This document shows, one piece after another, positions 1 through 12,066 of a stretch of DNA of 64,000 nucleotides. The stretch comes from Candidatus Eiseniibacteriota bacterium (GTDB taxonomy: Bacteria > Eisenbacteria > RBG-16-71-46): positions 192,001 to 256,000 of the forward strand of contig JBBRLX010000001.1 of the NCBI GenBank assembly GCA_038231135.1, read 5' to 3'. Each line of letters starts with the position of its first letter. Within the stretch, counting starts at the first letter, position 1. The position numbers and the translations under genes are program-made. The notes beneath the pieces were generated by a model. It was not told the DNA's origin, searched no databases, and saw only the letters and a program-made list of their open reading frames with translations.

Positions 1-121
1 ACGTGTAGTGCTGGCCGGTGTGGATCAGCACATACGGCACGTCCCGTGCGATGCATGCGCGCACGATCGGCGCCATCTTCACGATCTCGGGACGGGTGCC
101 GACCACGATGCCGAGCTTCAT
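1..121 (-). CDS. wecB: UDP-N-acetylglucosamine 2-epimerase (non-hydrolysing), 5' part only; runs off the window edge
   Basis: Not in the ORF track. Manual translation of the minus strand from ATG 121 gives MKLGIVVGTRPEIVKMAPIVRACIARDVPYVLIHTGQHY, with the GTRPE and HTGQH motifs. ATGA overlap with the upstream GT2 stop. Confidence 0.9.
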   Translation of the reverse strand, partial: MKLGIVVGTRPEIVKMAPIVRACIARDVPYVLIHTGQHYT

Positions 122-927
122 TTCGCCGCGTCGCCCTGCGCCGCCGTAAGCCGCGCCGCCACCGCGCGCTTCGAATGGACGCCGAAGCGCTCGACGAACC
201 GCTTCACCAGCAGCGTGACGGTGCTGCGCACGGTGCTCAGCACCTTCATCTTGCTCTGGCCGAGCCGGCCGCGGTAGTCGAGCTCGAACGGCAGCTCGAC
301 CGCGCGGACGCCGAGTGGCCGCAGCTTGATCAGCAGGTCCATCACCGACTCGAACCCGCGGGCGGTGCACAGGTCGTCGCCGTAGACCAGGCGCGCCCGC
401 TTGAGCAGGGGCACGCGGTAGGCGCGGAAGCAGCAGGTGAAGTCCCGGACGCCCGGGATCGGGAACATCGCCTGGAACACCAGCCGTCCGATGTCGGACA
501 GCGCCCGGCGATACCCGGGCACGCCGCGCACGTCCGAGCCATGGCGGTAGCGCGACGCGATCGCGAGGTCGTAGTCGAAGCCGAGCGCGTCCACCAGCGC
601 CGGGATCATCGCGGGGGGATGCGTGAGGTCGGCGTCGAGCGTGACGATCACGTCGCCGTCCTCGGCGCGGTCGAGGCAGGCGTAGATGCCGGTGCGCAGC
701 GCCGCGCCCAGGCCGCGATTCACGTCGTGCTGGAGGATCGTGAGCGACAGGGCATCCCCGCACTCGGCGGCGGCTCGCTCGGCTTCCGCCACGGTGGCGT
801 CGGTGCTGCCGTCGTCCACCACGACGGCGCGGTAGTCCCTGCGGCCGGCCATCGCCTCGGCGAGCGCGAGCAGCACGGGCCGGATCACACGCTCCTCGTT
901 CCAGGCGGGGAACATGACGTAGATCAT
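118..927 (-). CDS. Glycosyltransferase family 2, DPM1/polyprenol-phosphate glycosyltransferase-like
   Basis: PAWNEE, VVDDGSTD, NRGLGAA, LDADLTH and DFTCCFRAY motifs. GGAGG RBS before ATG 927. Confidence 0.9.
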   Translation of the reverse strand: MIYVMFPAWNEERVIRPVLLALAEAMAGRRDYRAVVVDDGSTDATVAEAERAAAECGDALSLTILQHDVNRGLGAALRTGIYACLDRAEDGDVIVTLDADLTHPPAMIPALVDALGFDYDLAIASRYRHGSDVRGVPGYRRALSDIGRLVFQAMFPIPGVRDFTCCFRAYRVPLLKRARLVYGDDLCTARGFESVMDLLIKLRPLGVRAVELPFELDYRGRLGQSKMKVLSTVRSTVTLLVKRFVERFGVHSKRAVAARLTAAQGDAAK

Positions 928-2219
928 GCCGCCGTCTCCTCCGCCAGCCGCGGCATCATGCCGTCGACCACCTCGCAGCACGAGTTCCACGAGTTCACGT
1001 TCGGGTACACCTGCGCCGTGGACGCGAGGTACAGGCGCCCCGGGATCACGGACGTCGCCGGCTTCCGATTCGCGTAGTCCAGCGTCCAGATCGGCTCCAC
1101 GAACGGCGCGCGGAACACGTAGGCCTCGACCACCGACCGGGCGGCGAGCGGGAACAGCGCGGCGAGGTCGACGCGGTAGCGGCGCAGCAGCTCGTCGTCG
1201 TCGATCGCGAACAGCGGGCTCGAGCGGTGGGCGTAGTTCACGAGGTAGGTTACATGGAGACCGTGCGCGCGTTCGAGCGGCACCAGGTTCGACATCTCGA
1301 TCACGCCCTGCGCGGTGGTCGTGCTGTCGACGAACGGCATCCAGTAGTAGGGCGACAGCGGCTCGCGCATCAGGAACACTGCGCTCACCACGCCCTGGTA
1401 GTCGAGCTGGAGGGTCGCGATCGCGGGGTCGATGCCGAGGCTGCGCGTCAGCTTCTGGAACGCGACGAGTGGCGACGTGGCGACGACGTAGTCGTGGGTG
1501 ACGCGCGCGCCGCCGGCGAGCACGACCGCCATGCGATCACCCTCGCGCTCGATCGCGTCGACGCGGGTCCCGAGCCGCACCGTCGCTCCCGTGTTCGCCA
1601 GTCGCTGCTCGAATGCGCCGATCAGCGAGCGGTAGCCGCCGGCGAGACAGCCCTTGGTCTCGGGGCCGGTGTTCTTCTCGCGCGCCATGCGGCTCGACAC
1701 CCACAGCGCCGGCAGCGATTCGTAGGGGTCGCCGATCTTGGCCGACAGCAGCGGTTTCCACAGCACGTCGAACGCGCGTTCGCCGGCCATGTCGCGCAGC
1801 CAGTCGGCGGCGGTGACCTGGTCCAGCGCCGGGTCCTTGCCGCGCGCGCGCGCGCGCAGGCCGAGCAGCCCCATGCGCACCCGCTCGGGAAGCGTGAGCG
1901 GGGAGAACCGCAGCAGGTCCCACGCGGTGTTGAGCGGGAACACGCGGCGCCGGTACATGAACCCCATGCGCGTGCGGCGCCACAGCAGCTCGGGTTCGAG
2001 GCCCAGCTCGCGCACGTGCCGCAGCAGCGCCCGGTCGGAGGGCAGGATGCAGTGGTAGAACTTCTCGAGGTGGACGTCGCGCCACGGGAACGTGGTGCCG
2101 AGGCCGCCCAGCCCCGGTTCCCCTTCATACAGCGTGACGCGATGGCCGAGGCCCGCGATCCGGACGGCGCTCGCCAGCCCCGAGATGCCGCCGCCGATCA
2201 CCGCCGCATGAAGCGTCAT
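924..2219 (-). CDS. FAD-dependent oxidoreductase (amine oxidase/protoporphyrinogen-oxidase-like family found in glycan loci)
   Basis: N-terminal VIGGGISGL...E...LGGL dinucleotide-binding motif and EKFYH. Translationally coupled to the GT2 gene. Confidence 0.8.
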   Translation of the reverse strand: MTLHAAVIGGGISGLASAVRIAGLGHRVTLYEGEPGLGGLGTTFPWRDVHLEKFYHCILPSDRALLRHVRELGLEPELLWRRTRMGFMYRRRVFPLNTAWDLLRFSPLTLPERVRMGLLGLRARARGKDPALDQVTAADWLRDMAGERAFDVLWKPLLSAKIGDPYESLPALWVSSRMAREKNTGPETKGCLAGGYRSLIGAFEQRLANTGATVRLGTRVDAIEREGDRMAVVLAGGARVTHDYVVATSPLVAFQKLTRSLGIDPAIATLQLDYQGVVSAVFLMREPLSPYYWMPFVDSTTTAQGVIEMSNLVPLERAHGLHVTYLVNYAHRSSPLFAIDDDELLRRYRVDLAALFPLAARSVVEAYVFRAPFVEPIWTLDYANRKPATSVIPGRLYLASTAQVYPNVNSWNSCCEVVDGMMPRLAEETAA

Positions 2220-2432
2220 CCGCCGACCGGCCTCCGGATTCCATGGGTTGGGGAACGGGCGCCGGCGGCCGGGGACCCCCGGACGCGACTCGATGCACCG
2301 GGCTTCACAATAGAATCGCGGGCGGATCGAAACAACCGCCCGGAGCCGGCGGGGGCGCCCGTGGAAGAAATCCCCGCGGGCGGCGTATGGTGTGCGGAAT
2401 CCACGAGTTCGACCCCTTGAACGGAGGTGATC

Positions 2433-3782
2433 ATGTCGTTCCCCCGTATGTTCCCCCGCTGGACGTTCGCTGCCGCGCTGGCCATCGGCGTCGTCCCGAC
2501 GGTTTCGGCCCACGCCGGGCCCGCCGTGACGGTGTATTCACACGACCTCGGCTTCGTACGCGAGACGCGCGCGCTCGACCTGCGCCGCGACCGCGACACA
2601 CTGCTGGTGCCGGTGCCGGAGCGCGTCGACTTCACGTCGGTGCGGCTGGCGCCCGACGGCGCGCGGCTGGCGCGGCTGGCCTATCGCTACGACGTGGCGA
2701 GCGGCGACGGCGCGCTCGACCACGCCCGCGGCAGCCGTGTGCGCGTGACGCTGCGCGGCGACCGCGCGGTGGAGGGGACGCTGATCGCTGTCGATGGCGC
2801 GTGGCTGGTGGTGCGCGAGGACGGCGGCGACGTGCACACGCTGTCGCGCGCGGCGGCGGACGACGTGAAGATCGCGAGCCCGGGCGACCGGCTGGCGATC
2901 CGCCCGTCGCTGGAGGCGGTGCTCGACGGCCACAAGGGGCGCGTGACGGCGGAGCTGTCGTACCTGACGGGCGGGCTGTCGTGGACGGCCGAGCACGTGG
3001 TGGTGCGCCACGGCGAAGCCGGCGCCACCTGGTCGTCGCGGGTCACGGTCGAGAACACCACCGGGCGCGAGTTCGCCGATGCCACGCTCAAGCTGGTGGC
3101 CGGCGATCCCAACCGCGTGAACGCGTCACCGCCGCCGATGCCGATGTTCCGCGCGATGGCCGTGGCCGGGCAGGCGGAGGCGAAGTCCGACATGACCGAG
3201 CAGACGTTCGGTGAATACCACCTCTACACCATCGATCATCCGGCCACGCTGCGGGACCGCGAGACGCAGACGCTCGACATGTACGACGCGCGGCCGATCA
3301 AGGTGGCGGCGCGCTATCTGTACCGCGGCGACGGCGCGGGCGTGCACGCGCAGCTCGAGGTCGTGAACGACCGGGCGGCCGGGCTGGGCATGCCGCTGCC
3401 GGCGGGCCGCGTGCGGTTCTACGAGCAGGACGCCGGCGGCGCGCTGCAGTTCACCGGCGAGACGACCATCAATCACACACCCGACGGCGAGAAGCTGACG
3501 CTCGACGTGGGCACGGCGTTCGACCTGGCGGCCGAGCGCCGCGAGACGTCCAACAAGCGGATATCGGATCACGAGCGCGAGTACGGCGTCGAGATCAAGC
3601 TCCGCAACCGCAAGTCCACGAGCGTGCAGATCGTGGTGGAGGAGAACGCGGGCGGCGACGTCGAGATCACCCAGAAGACGCACGAGTTCGTGCGCAAGGA
3701 TGCGAACACGCTGCAATTCACCGTGACCGTGCCGGCGGGCAAGGAAGTCGTGGTGGGCTACACGGCGCGCCAGCGCTGGTGA
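2433..3782 (+). CDS. DUF4139-domain exported protein
   Basis: Signal peptide, VTVYS..LGFVRETR, LSYLTGGLSW, GMPLPAGRVRFYE and GTAFD motifs. GGAGG RBS. Confidence 0.8.
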   Translation: MSFPRMFPRWTFAAALAIGVVPTVSAHAGPAVTVYSHDLGFVRETRALDLRRDRDTLLVPVPERVDFTSVRLAPDGARLARLAYRYDVASGDGALDHARGSRVRVTLRGDRAVEGTLIAVDGAWLVVREDGGDVHTLSRAAADDVKIASPGDRLAIRPSLEAVLDGHKGRVTAELSYLTGGLSWTAEHVVVRHGEAGATWSSRVTVENTTGREFADATLKLVAGDPNRVNASPPPMPMFRAMAVAGQAEAKSDMTEQTFGEYHLYTIDHPATLRDRETQTLDMYDARPIKVAARYLYRGDGAGVHAQLEVVNDRAAGLGMPLPAGRVRFYEQDAGGALQFTGETTINHTPDGEKLTLDVGTAFDLAAERRETSNKRISDHEREYGVEIKLRNRKSTSVQIVVEENAGGDVEITQKTHEFVRKDANTLQFTVTVPAGKEVVVGYTARQRW

Positions 3783-5059
3783 GCCGCCGCGACCCGCGCG
3801 GCGGGGCGCCCAGCCCGGGCCGCAGCCTCGAACCGGGCGCGGACGACCGCGTCGGGTTCGTGCTGCGGCTGGGGCGCGCGCTGCACAGCTACGGCTACCC
3901 CGCGCATCGGCTCGAGGACGTGCTCGCGCAGGTCGCGCGGAAGCTCGGCCTCGAGGCGCAGTTCTTTTCGCTGCCCACCGGGATCTTCGCGGGGTTCGGC
4001 TCGCCCGAGCTGCAGCGCACGCATCTGCTGCGCGTGCAGCCGGGGGAGGTGCAGCTCGACCGGCTGGTCGACGTGGACCAGGTCGCGAGCGAGGTGCTGA
4101 AGGGGACGCTCGACCCCGCGGGCGGCACCGCGCGCATCGAGGCGATCGCCGCCCGCCCGCCGTGCTACGGGCCCGCGCTCACGGTGGCGGCGTACGGCCT
4201 CGCGGCGGCGACCTCGGCGCGGTTCCTGGGCGGCGGCGGGCGCGAGATCGGGCTGGCCGCGGTGGGCGGACTCGTGGTCGGGCTGCTGGCCGCGGTGACC
4301 GGCCGCGGGCGGGCCGGGCGGGTGTTCGAACCCCTCGCGGCGTTCGTGGCGTCGGCGCTGATGGGTGCGCTGAGCCTGGTGACTGGCGCGTGCTCGGTGT
4401 ACGTCGCCACGCTCGCGGCGTTGATCGTGCTGATCCCCGGGCTCACGATCACCACCGCGATGACGGAGCTGTCGACGCGCCATCTCGCCTCCGGCACCGC
4501 GCGCCTGTCGGGCGCGATCGTGCTGTTCCTCGGCATCGGGTTCGGTGTCGCGCTCGGCACCCGGGTCGCGGCGCTGGCGGTCGGACCGCCGCACATCGCC
4601 GAGCCCCGCGAGCTGGCAGCGTGGACCGAATGGCTGGCACTGGCGCTCGCGCCGGCCGGCCTGATGGTGCTATTCCGCGCGCCGGTGCGCGAGCTGCCGT
4701 GGATCACCGCCACCGGCGTGCTGGCGTTCTACGGCGGGCGGCTCGGCGCCCGGCTGCTGGACCCCGAGCTCGGCATCTTCGCGGGCGCGCTGACGGCCGG
4801 GGTCGCGAGCAATCTCTACGCCCGCTGGCGGGACCGCCCGTCGGCGGTCACGCTGGTGCCGGCGGTGATCCTGCTCGTGCCGGGCAGCGTGGGTTTCAAG
4901 AGTCTCGCGCTGCTGCTCGAGCAGCACGTGCTGGTCGGCGTCGAAAGCGCGTTCCGCATGGTGATCATGCTGTCGGCGCTCGTCGCGGGGCTGCTGATCG
5001 CCAACGTCGTCGCGCCGGTCGAGCGCGCGGGCGAGTGGGACGCGGGCACGGCGGTATAG
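3779..5059 (+). CDS. Threonine/serine exporter family (ThrE; YjjP-YjjB fusion) membrane protein
   Basis: GRALHSYG.PAHRLE, LIPGLTITTAMTEL and LVPGSVGF motifs; about 10 hydrophobic segments. Confidence 0.85.
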   Translation: MSRRDPRGGAPSPGRSLEPGADDRVGFVLRLGRALHSYGYPAHRLEDVLAQVARKLGLEAQFFSLPTGIFAGFGSPELQRTHLLRVQPGEVQLDRLVDVDQVASEVLKGTLDPAGGTARIEAIAARPPCYGPALTVAAYGLAAATSARFLGGGGREIGLAAVGGLVVGLLAAVTGRGRAGRVFEPLAAFVASALMGALSLVTGACSVYVATLAALIVLIPGLTITTAMTELSTRHLASGTARLSGAIVLFLGIGFGVALGTRVAALAVGPPHIAEPRELAAWTEWLALALAPAGLMVLFRAPVRELPWITATGVLAFYGGRLGARLLDPELGIFAGALTAGVASNLYARWRDRPSAVTLVPAVILLVPGSVGFKSLALLLEQHVLVGVESAFRMVIMLSALVAGLLIANVVAPVERAGEWDAGTAV

Positions 5060-5232
5060 GCCGGACCGAAATCGCGGTCCGGATGCCCGCGGAACCGCCG
5101 AAAACCGCCGCGAAATTGACCGGTTCTTGCGGGACGGCCCGGCCCGCACACGGTATACTCGGTCGGTCGCTGCCGGCGGCCGTCATGACAACGCCCAATT
5201 CCGCTCAAAATCGCCCGGGGGAGGCTTCCAGG

Positions 5233-5808
5233 ATGCTGCGCGCCGCGTTCGTGCTGCTGCTGCTGTCGATGACGCTGGCCACGCCGGCCCACGCCCAGCG
5301 GTACGCGCCCCACAAGGACGGCGAGCTGCCGCGCATCATCTTCCCCGATTCGCTGGTGTCGCTGAACGACAAGTGCGCGGTCGCGAAGCGCAAGCTGAGC
5401 ACCCTGATCGACCCGATCTACGTGAACCAGCTGCCGATCGCGTTCTGCTGCGCCCCGTGCCCGGCGATCTTCTCGCGCAACCCCGCGCCCTACGTGAAGG
5501 CGATCGCGCCGAAGCTGCCGTGCGTCGTGAATCCGGCGCGCGCCGCGGTGATCGACTCCGCGGGCGCCGTGTTCGTGGATCACGACGTGTTCTTCTTCTC
5601 GGACGTCAAGGCGCGCGCGGCGTTCCTCGCCGATCCGCTCAAGTACGCGCGCCACCTGACGGATCCCGTCAGCCAGGTGCGGTTCGCGACCACGGCCAAG
5701 TCGCCGCACCTCGTATACCACGGCCGCAACTACTACTTCGAGAGCCCCGACACGTTCGCCCAGTTCCAGACGAACGAGCGCGCGTACGCGGTCCGCGGCG
5801 GCGAGTAG
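5233..5808 (+). CDS. Exported protein with three YHS/TRASH-like modules
   Basis: Signal peptide ending AHA. Modules NDKCAV...FCCAPC..F..NP..Y, PCVV...FFFSD...F.ADP.KY and DPVS...YYFES...F. Confidence 0.7.
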   Translation: MLRAAFVLLLLSMTLATPAHAQRYAPHKDGELPRIIFPDSLVSLNDKCAVAKRKLSTLIDPIYVNQLPIAFCCAPCPAIFSRNPAPYVKAIAPKLPCVVNPARAAVIDSAGAVFVDHDVFFFSDVKARAAFLADPLKYARHLTDPVSQVRFATTAKSPHLVYHGRNYYFESPDTFAQFQTNERAYAVRGGE

Positions 5809-5898
5809 GTCCCTTAGCCTCGCGCCGGCCGGCGCCGCTCCCGGGATTCGGCGGCCGCCTCGACCGCGACGGGACGGCTCCGGTAGCATCGAGCGGTC

Positions 5899-7965
<2,067 letters not shown>

Positions 7966-7967
7966 CG

Positions 7968-8519
7968 TTGGCAGCCGGCACGGCCGGTTCGCCGCACCCC
8001 GCGCCACGGCGAGGAGGCCGCCTGCGAGTTCGCCTGATCCTGGCCACCGTCGACGACGCTCCGGCGATGGCCGTGCTCAAGGAGGCCGTCGCGAACCGCA
8101 TGACGTCCGTATACGGGACGGGCCCGTGGTCGTCGTTCGGCACCGTGCGTGGCGTGCTCGCGCAGATGCGGGCGGGCCGGTATTTCATCGCGAAACACCG
8201 CGGCCGGGTCGTGGCGAAGCTGTGGCTCGGCACGCGGAAGCCGTGGGCCATCGACCCCCGCTACTTCACGCCCTGCAAGCGCCCGCTGTACCTGCTCGAC
8301 ATGGCGGTGGCGCCGGCGCTGCAACGCACCGGGCTCGGCCGCCAGTGCCTCGACGAGGCGCGGCGCATCGGCCGCGAATGGCCTGCCGACGCGATCCGGC
8401 TCGACGCGTACGACGCCGCGGCCGGCGCGGGCGGGTTCTACGCGCGCTGCGGGTTCGCGGACCGCGGCCGCGCGGCCTATCGGAACGCTCCGCTGGCGTA
8501 CTTCGAGACGCTGCTGTAG
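7968..8519 (+). CDS. GNAT family N-acetyltransferase (start uncertain)
   Basis: MAVAPALQRTGLGR acetyl-CoA motif A; AGGFYARCGF. Confidence 0.8.
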   Translation: MAAGTAGSPHPAPRRGGRLRVRLILATVDDAPAMAVLKEAVANRMTSVYGTGPWSSFGTVRGVLAQMRAGRYFIAKHRGRVVAKLWLGTRKPWAIDPRYFTPCKRPLYLLDMAVAPALQRTGLGRQCLDEARRIGREWPADAIRLDAYDAAAGAGGFYARCGFADRGRAAYRNAPLAYFETLL

Positions 8520-8618
8520 ACCGGTGCGGCGCGGCCGGCCGCAGCGCTTCGAATCGCTGCGGGCCGGGAGCCGCCGCGGCTCGACCGCTCCGGTCCCGCT
8601 CGGGTAGCATGACCGGTC

Positions 8619-9512
8619 ATGCTCGAAACCGTGGCGCTTCAACTCATCCGGTACGCCCTGTCCGAGGACGTGGGCACCGGCGACATCACGTCGCTGAACA
8701 CGATCCGGTCCGGGGTCAAGGCGCGCGCGGCGATCGTGGCCAAGTCGCCGGGCACGCTCGCGGGTGTCGACATCGCCGGCTACACGTTCCGTGAGGCCGA
8801 TCCCAATCTCAAGTTCCGCAAGCTGCTGCCCGACGGCTCGCAGGTGGAGCCGGGCGCCGCGTGCGCGCAGGTGATCGGTGACGCCGGCAGCGTGCTGAAG
8901 GCGGAGCGTACCGCGCTCAATTTCCTGCAGCGCCTGTCGGGCATCGCGACGCTCACCCGCAAGTTCGTCGACACCGTGGCCGGCACCGGGTGCATCATCC
9001 TCGACACGCGCAAGACCACGCCCGGGCTGCGCTACCTCGAGAAGTACGCCGTGACCTGCGGGGGCGGGGAGAATCACCGGCTCGCGCTGTGGGACATGTA
9101 CCTGGTGAAGGACAATCACATCCGCGCCGCGGGTGGCCTGACGGCCGCGATCGATCGCATCACGCGCACGCGGCAGGGCGACCTGCTGCTCGAGGTCGAG
9201 GTCGAATCGCTCGATCAGCTCGCCGAGGCGCTGCGCCCGGAGGTGGATCGCGTGCTGGTCGACAATCGTTCGCCCGAGGAGGTTGCCACCGCGGTGCGCG
9301 AGGTGGACCGGTGGTGCCGCGAGCATCCGCCCGACAGCTCGCGCATGCGGCCCGGCGCGAAGCGCTGGCCGGAGGTCGAAGTGTCGGGCGGCATCCGGCT
9401 CGACAACGTGCGGGAGTACGCGCTCACGGGGGCGGACTACATTTCGGTGGGCGCGCTCACGCATTCGGCGCCGGCGCTCGACCTCAGCCTCGAGATCGAG
9501 GAAGTGGGATGA
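8619..9512 (+). CDS. nadC: Nicotinate-nucleotide diphosphorylase (carboxylating)
   Basis: ED...GDIT, ERTALNFLQ, DTRKTTPG, KDNH, EVEV and SVGALTHS motifs. Confidence 0.97.
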   Translation: MLETVALQLIRYALSEDVGTGDITSLNTIRSGVKARAAIVAKSPGTLAGVDIAGYTFREADPNLKFRKLLPDGSQVEPGAACAQVIGDAGSVLKAERTALNFLQRLSGIATLTRKFVDTVAGTGCIILDTRKTTPGLRYLEKYAVTCGGGENHRLALWDMYLVKDNHIRAAGGLTAAIDRITRTRQGDLLLEVEVESLDQLAEALRPEVDRVLVDNRSPEEVATAVREVDRWCREHPPDSSRMRPGAKRWPEVEVSGGIRLDNVREYALTGADYISVGALTHSAPALDLSLEIEEVG

Positions 9513-9565
9513 CCGCCGCCGTCGGCGCCGCCTCGCGTCGGACCTGAACCGGGAGTCGGAAGCCA

Positions 9566-10399
9566 TTGCCTGAGAATACGTTCGATCGCGCCCGCTTCGC
9601 GCAGCGTCTCGCCACCCGGCGGCTGGGGCGGCAGCTGGTCGTACGCGCCGAAACGGCGTCGACCAACGACGACGCGTGGGACGCGCTCGCCCAGGGCGCC
9701 CCCGACGGGGCGACGGTGATCGCGGAATCGCAGATCCGCGGCCGCGGCCGTGGCGGGCGTACGTGGCAGTCGGCGCCGGGACGCGGGCTGGCGTTGTCGC
9801 TCGTGCTGCACCTCGACTGCGATCCCGAGCCGCTGGTGTCGCTGCCGCTGGTCGTCGGGCTCGCGCTGGTCACGGCGCTCGACCGGCTCCATGTGCGCGC
9901 CGAGCTCAAATGGCCGAACGACGTGCTGTTCGACGGTCGCAAGCTCGCGGGCATCCTGTGCGAGCGGCGGTCGACTCCCGACGGGCTCGACGCCGCGGTC
10001 GTGGGAGTGGGCGTGAACGTGCTCCAGTCCCGTGACGAATTCGCGCCGGAGCTGCGCGACACCGCGACGTCCGTGGCGCTGGCGCTCGCGTCGAGCGCGG
10101 CCGCGCCGGCCTCGCGCGAGGACGTGGCCGCGGAGTTCCTGAACGCATTCGAGCCGCTGTGGACGGAGCACGCAGAAGGTGATCCGCGCCGCGCGCTCGA
10201 CGCGTGGTCGCGCCGCGCGGCGTTCTGGGGCGCGCCCGTCACGGTGCGCACTCCGGCCGGCAGCGTACGCGGCGTCGCGCGCGCGCTCGATCCCGTGGGT
10301 GCGCTGCTCGTCGACACCGGCGACGGCGGAGTCGTCCGGGTGCTCGCCGGCGACGTCGAGGTGGACGCGCCCGAGTCGGCGCCGGGCGGAACGTCGTGA
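9566..10399 (+). CDS. birA: Biotin--[acetyl-CoA-carboxylase] ligase (no HTH)
   Basis: STND, Q..GRGR.GR.W.S, LKWPND and KLAGIL motifs. Confidence 0.93.
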   Translation: MPENTFDRARFAQRLATRRLGRQLVVRAETASTNDDAWDALAQGAPDGATVIAESQIRGRGRGGRTWQSAPGRGLALSLVLHLDCDPEPLVSLPLVVGLALVTALDRLHVRAELKWPNDVLFDGRKLAGILCERRSTPDGLDAAVVGVGVNVLQSRDEFAPELRDTATSVALALASSAAAPASREDVAAEFLNAFEPLWTEHAEGDPRRALDAWSRRAAFWGAPVTVRTPAGSVRGVARALDPVGALLVDTGDGGVVRVLAGDVEVDAPESAPGGTS

Positions 10400-11187
10400 C
10401 CGATCCGCGCCAGACCGGCGAGATGCCGTTCCTCGACCATCTCGTGGAACTGCGGTCGGTGCTGTTCCACTCGGTGATTGCGGCCGTGATCGGGGCCAGC
10501 TTCGGCTGGTGGTTCGCGCCGCGCGTGCTCGAGGACCTGGTGCATCGCACGGTCGGTGTCGCGGTGGTGCTGTCACCGCTCGAGGCGTTCAACGAGCGCT
10601 TCAAGCTGTCGCTGCTGATCGGGCTGGTGCTGGTGCTGCCCTACGTGTTCTACCGCATCTGGCTGTTCGTCGTGCCCGGGCTCATGAAGCGCGAGCGCAG
10701 CATGATCCTGCCGATGGCAATGGGCTCGATGGTGCTGTTCGTGATCGGCGTCGCCGTGGCGTACTTCTACCTGGTGCCGCTGGTGCTGCGGGTGCTGATG
10801 CAATTCATGACGCCGAGCATGCACGCCGACATCCAGCTGGGTCCGCTGCTGGGGTTCTTCTACAACATGGCGCTGGCGTGCGGGCTCGTGTGCCAGCTCC
10901 CGCTCGTCACGATGACGCTCACCGCGGTCGGCCTCGTCACGCCGGGCTTCCTGCTCAAGCAGTGGCGGATCGCGATCGTGGCGGTGTTCTTCATCACCGC
11001 TGTGATCACCCCCGGCGACGTGGTGACGGCCCAGGTGATCATGGCGCTGCCGATGACGCTTCTGTATTTCCTGAGTGTGCTGCTGTCGTACCTCGTCGCG
11101 CGGCGACGGCAGGAGGCTGCAGCCGAGCCCGAGGCCGAGCCGCTCGTCCCCGGGCCCCGACCGATCGATGGAGGTGACCATGCCTGA
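10396..11187 (+). CDS. tatC: Twin-arginine translocase subunit TatC
   Basis: EMPFLDHLVELR, W.FVVPGL..ER and AVITPGD motifs; 6 TM segments. GTG start overlaps the birA stop. Confidence 0.95.
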   Translation: MTDPRQTGEMPFLDHLVELRSVLFHSVIAAVIGASFGWWFAPRVLEDLVHRTVGVAVVLSPLEAFNERFKLSLLIGLVLVLPYVFYRIWLFVVPGLMKRERSMILPMAMGSMVLFVIGVAVAYFYLVPLVLRVLMQFMTPSMHADIQLGPLLGFFYNMALACGLVCQLPLVTMTLTAVGLVTPGFLLKQWRIAIVAVFFITAVITPGDVVTAQVIMALPMTLLYFLSVLLSYLVARRRQEAAAEPEAEPLVPGPRPIDGGDHA

Positions 11188-12028
11188 GCGCCGGCGCAGT
11201 TCCGCGCGCAGCTCGAAGACCCGTGTCGCGAACACCCGCTCCCGGGCGGCCCGCGCAGCCGGGCGCACCGCGCGGGTGCTCGCCGTCGACGTCGGCAACA
11301 GCGAGACGACGCTGGGGCTGTTCCACGGCGAGAAGGTCGCCGGGTTCTGGCGGCTCACCAGCACCCGCCAGACGGCGGATGAGGTCATGCTCGTCGTGCG
11401 GTCGCTGCTCGCCACGGCGGGAGAGGCGAAGCTCGACGGCACCGCGCTGTGCTCCGTGGTGCCCGCGCTCACCGGGGCATGGACTGCGGCGCTCGCGGGC
11501 CTGGCGCCCACCGCGCCGTTCGAGGTGTCCGCGGCGTCGGCGGAGGACCTGACGATCCGCTACAGGGATCCGTCCGCCGTCGGGGCCGACCGCATCGCCA
11601 ACGCGATCGCGGTGCGCGCGCTCTACGGCGCACCGGCGATCGTCGTGGACCTGGGAACCGCGACCACGTTCGACTGCATCGGCCGCGGCGGCGACTACCT
11701 GGGCGGCATCATCGCGCCGGGCGTGGGCACCTCGGCGGAGGAGCTGTTCCGCCGCGCGGCGCGCATCGCGCGCGTGGAATTGCGCCGGCCTCCGCACGCC
11801 GTGGGCCGCACCACCGAGGAGTCGCTGCAGGCGGGCGTGCTGTGGGGGCACGCCGGCCAGGTCGACGCACTGGTGCGCCGGCTCGCGCTCGAGATTCGCG
11901 GCACGCCGCACGTGATCGCGACCGGCGGCTGGGCGGCGATCATCGCGCCCGAGTGCGAGACCATCAACCGCGTCGACGATACGCTCACGCTCAAGGGCAC
12001 GCGGCTGCTGTGGGAGCGCGCGCGCTGA
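11180..12028 (+). CDS. coaX: Type III pantothenate kinase
   Basis: LAVDVGNS, VGADR, VDLGTATTFD, GGIIAPG and VIATGG motifs. Confidence 0.95.
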   Translation: MPERRRSSARSSKTRVANTRSRAARAAGRTARVLAVDVGNSETTLGLFHGEKVAGFWRLTSTRQTADEVMLVVRSLLATAGEAKLDGTALCSVVPALTGAWTAALAGLAPTAPFEVSAASAEDLTIRYRDPSAVGADRIANAIAVRALYGAPAIVVDLGTATTFDCIGRGGDYLGGIIAPGVGTSAEELFRRAARIARVELRRPPHAVGRTTEESLQAGVLWGHAGQVDALVRRLALEIRGTPHVIATGGWAAIIAPECETINRVDDTLTLKGTRLLWERAR

Positions 12029-12066
12029 GCGCCGCCCGCGGGCCGCGGCCGCCGGGCACCCTCGCG

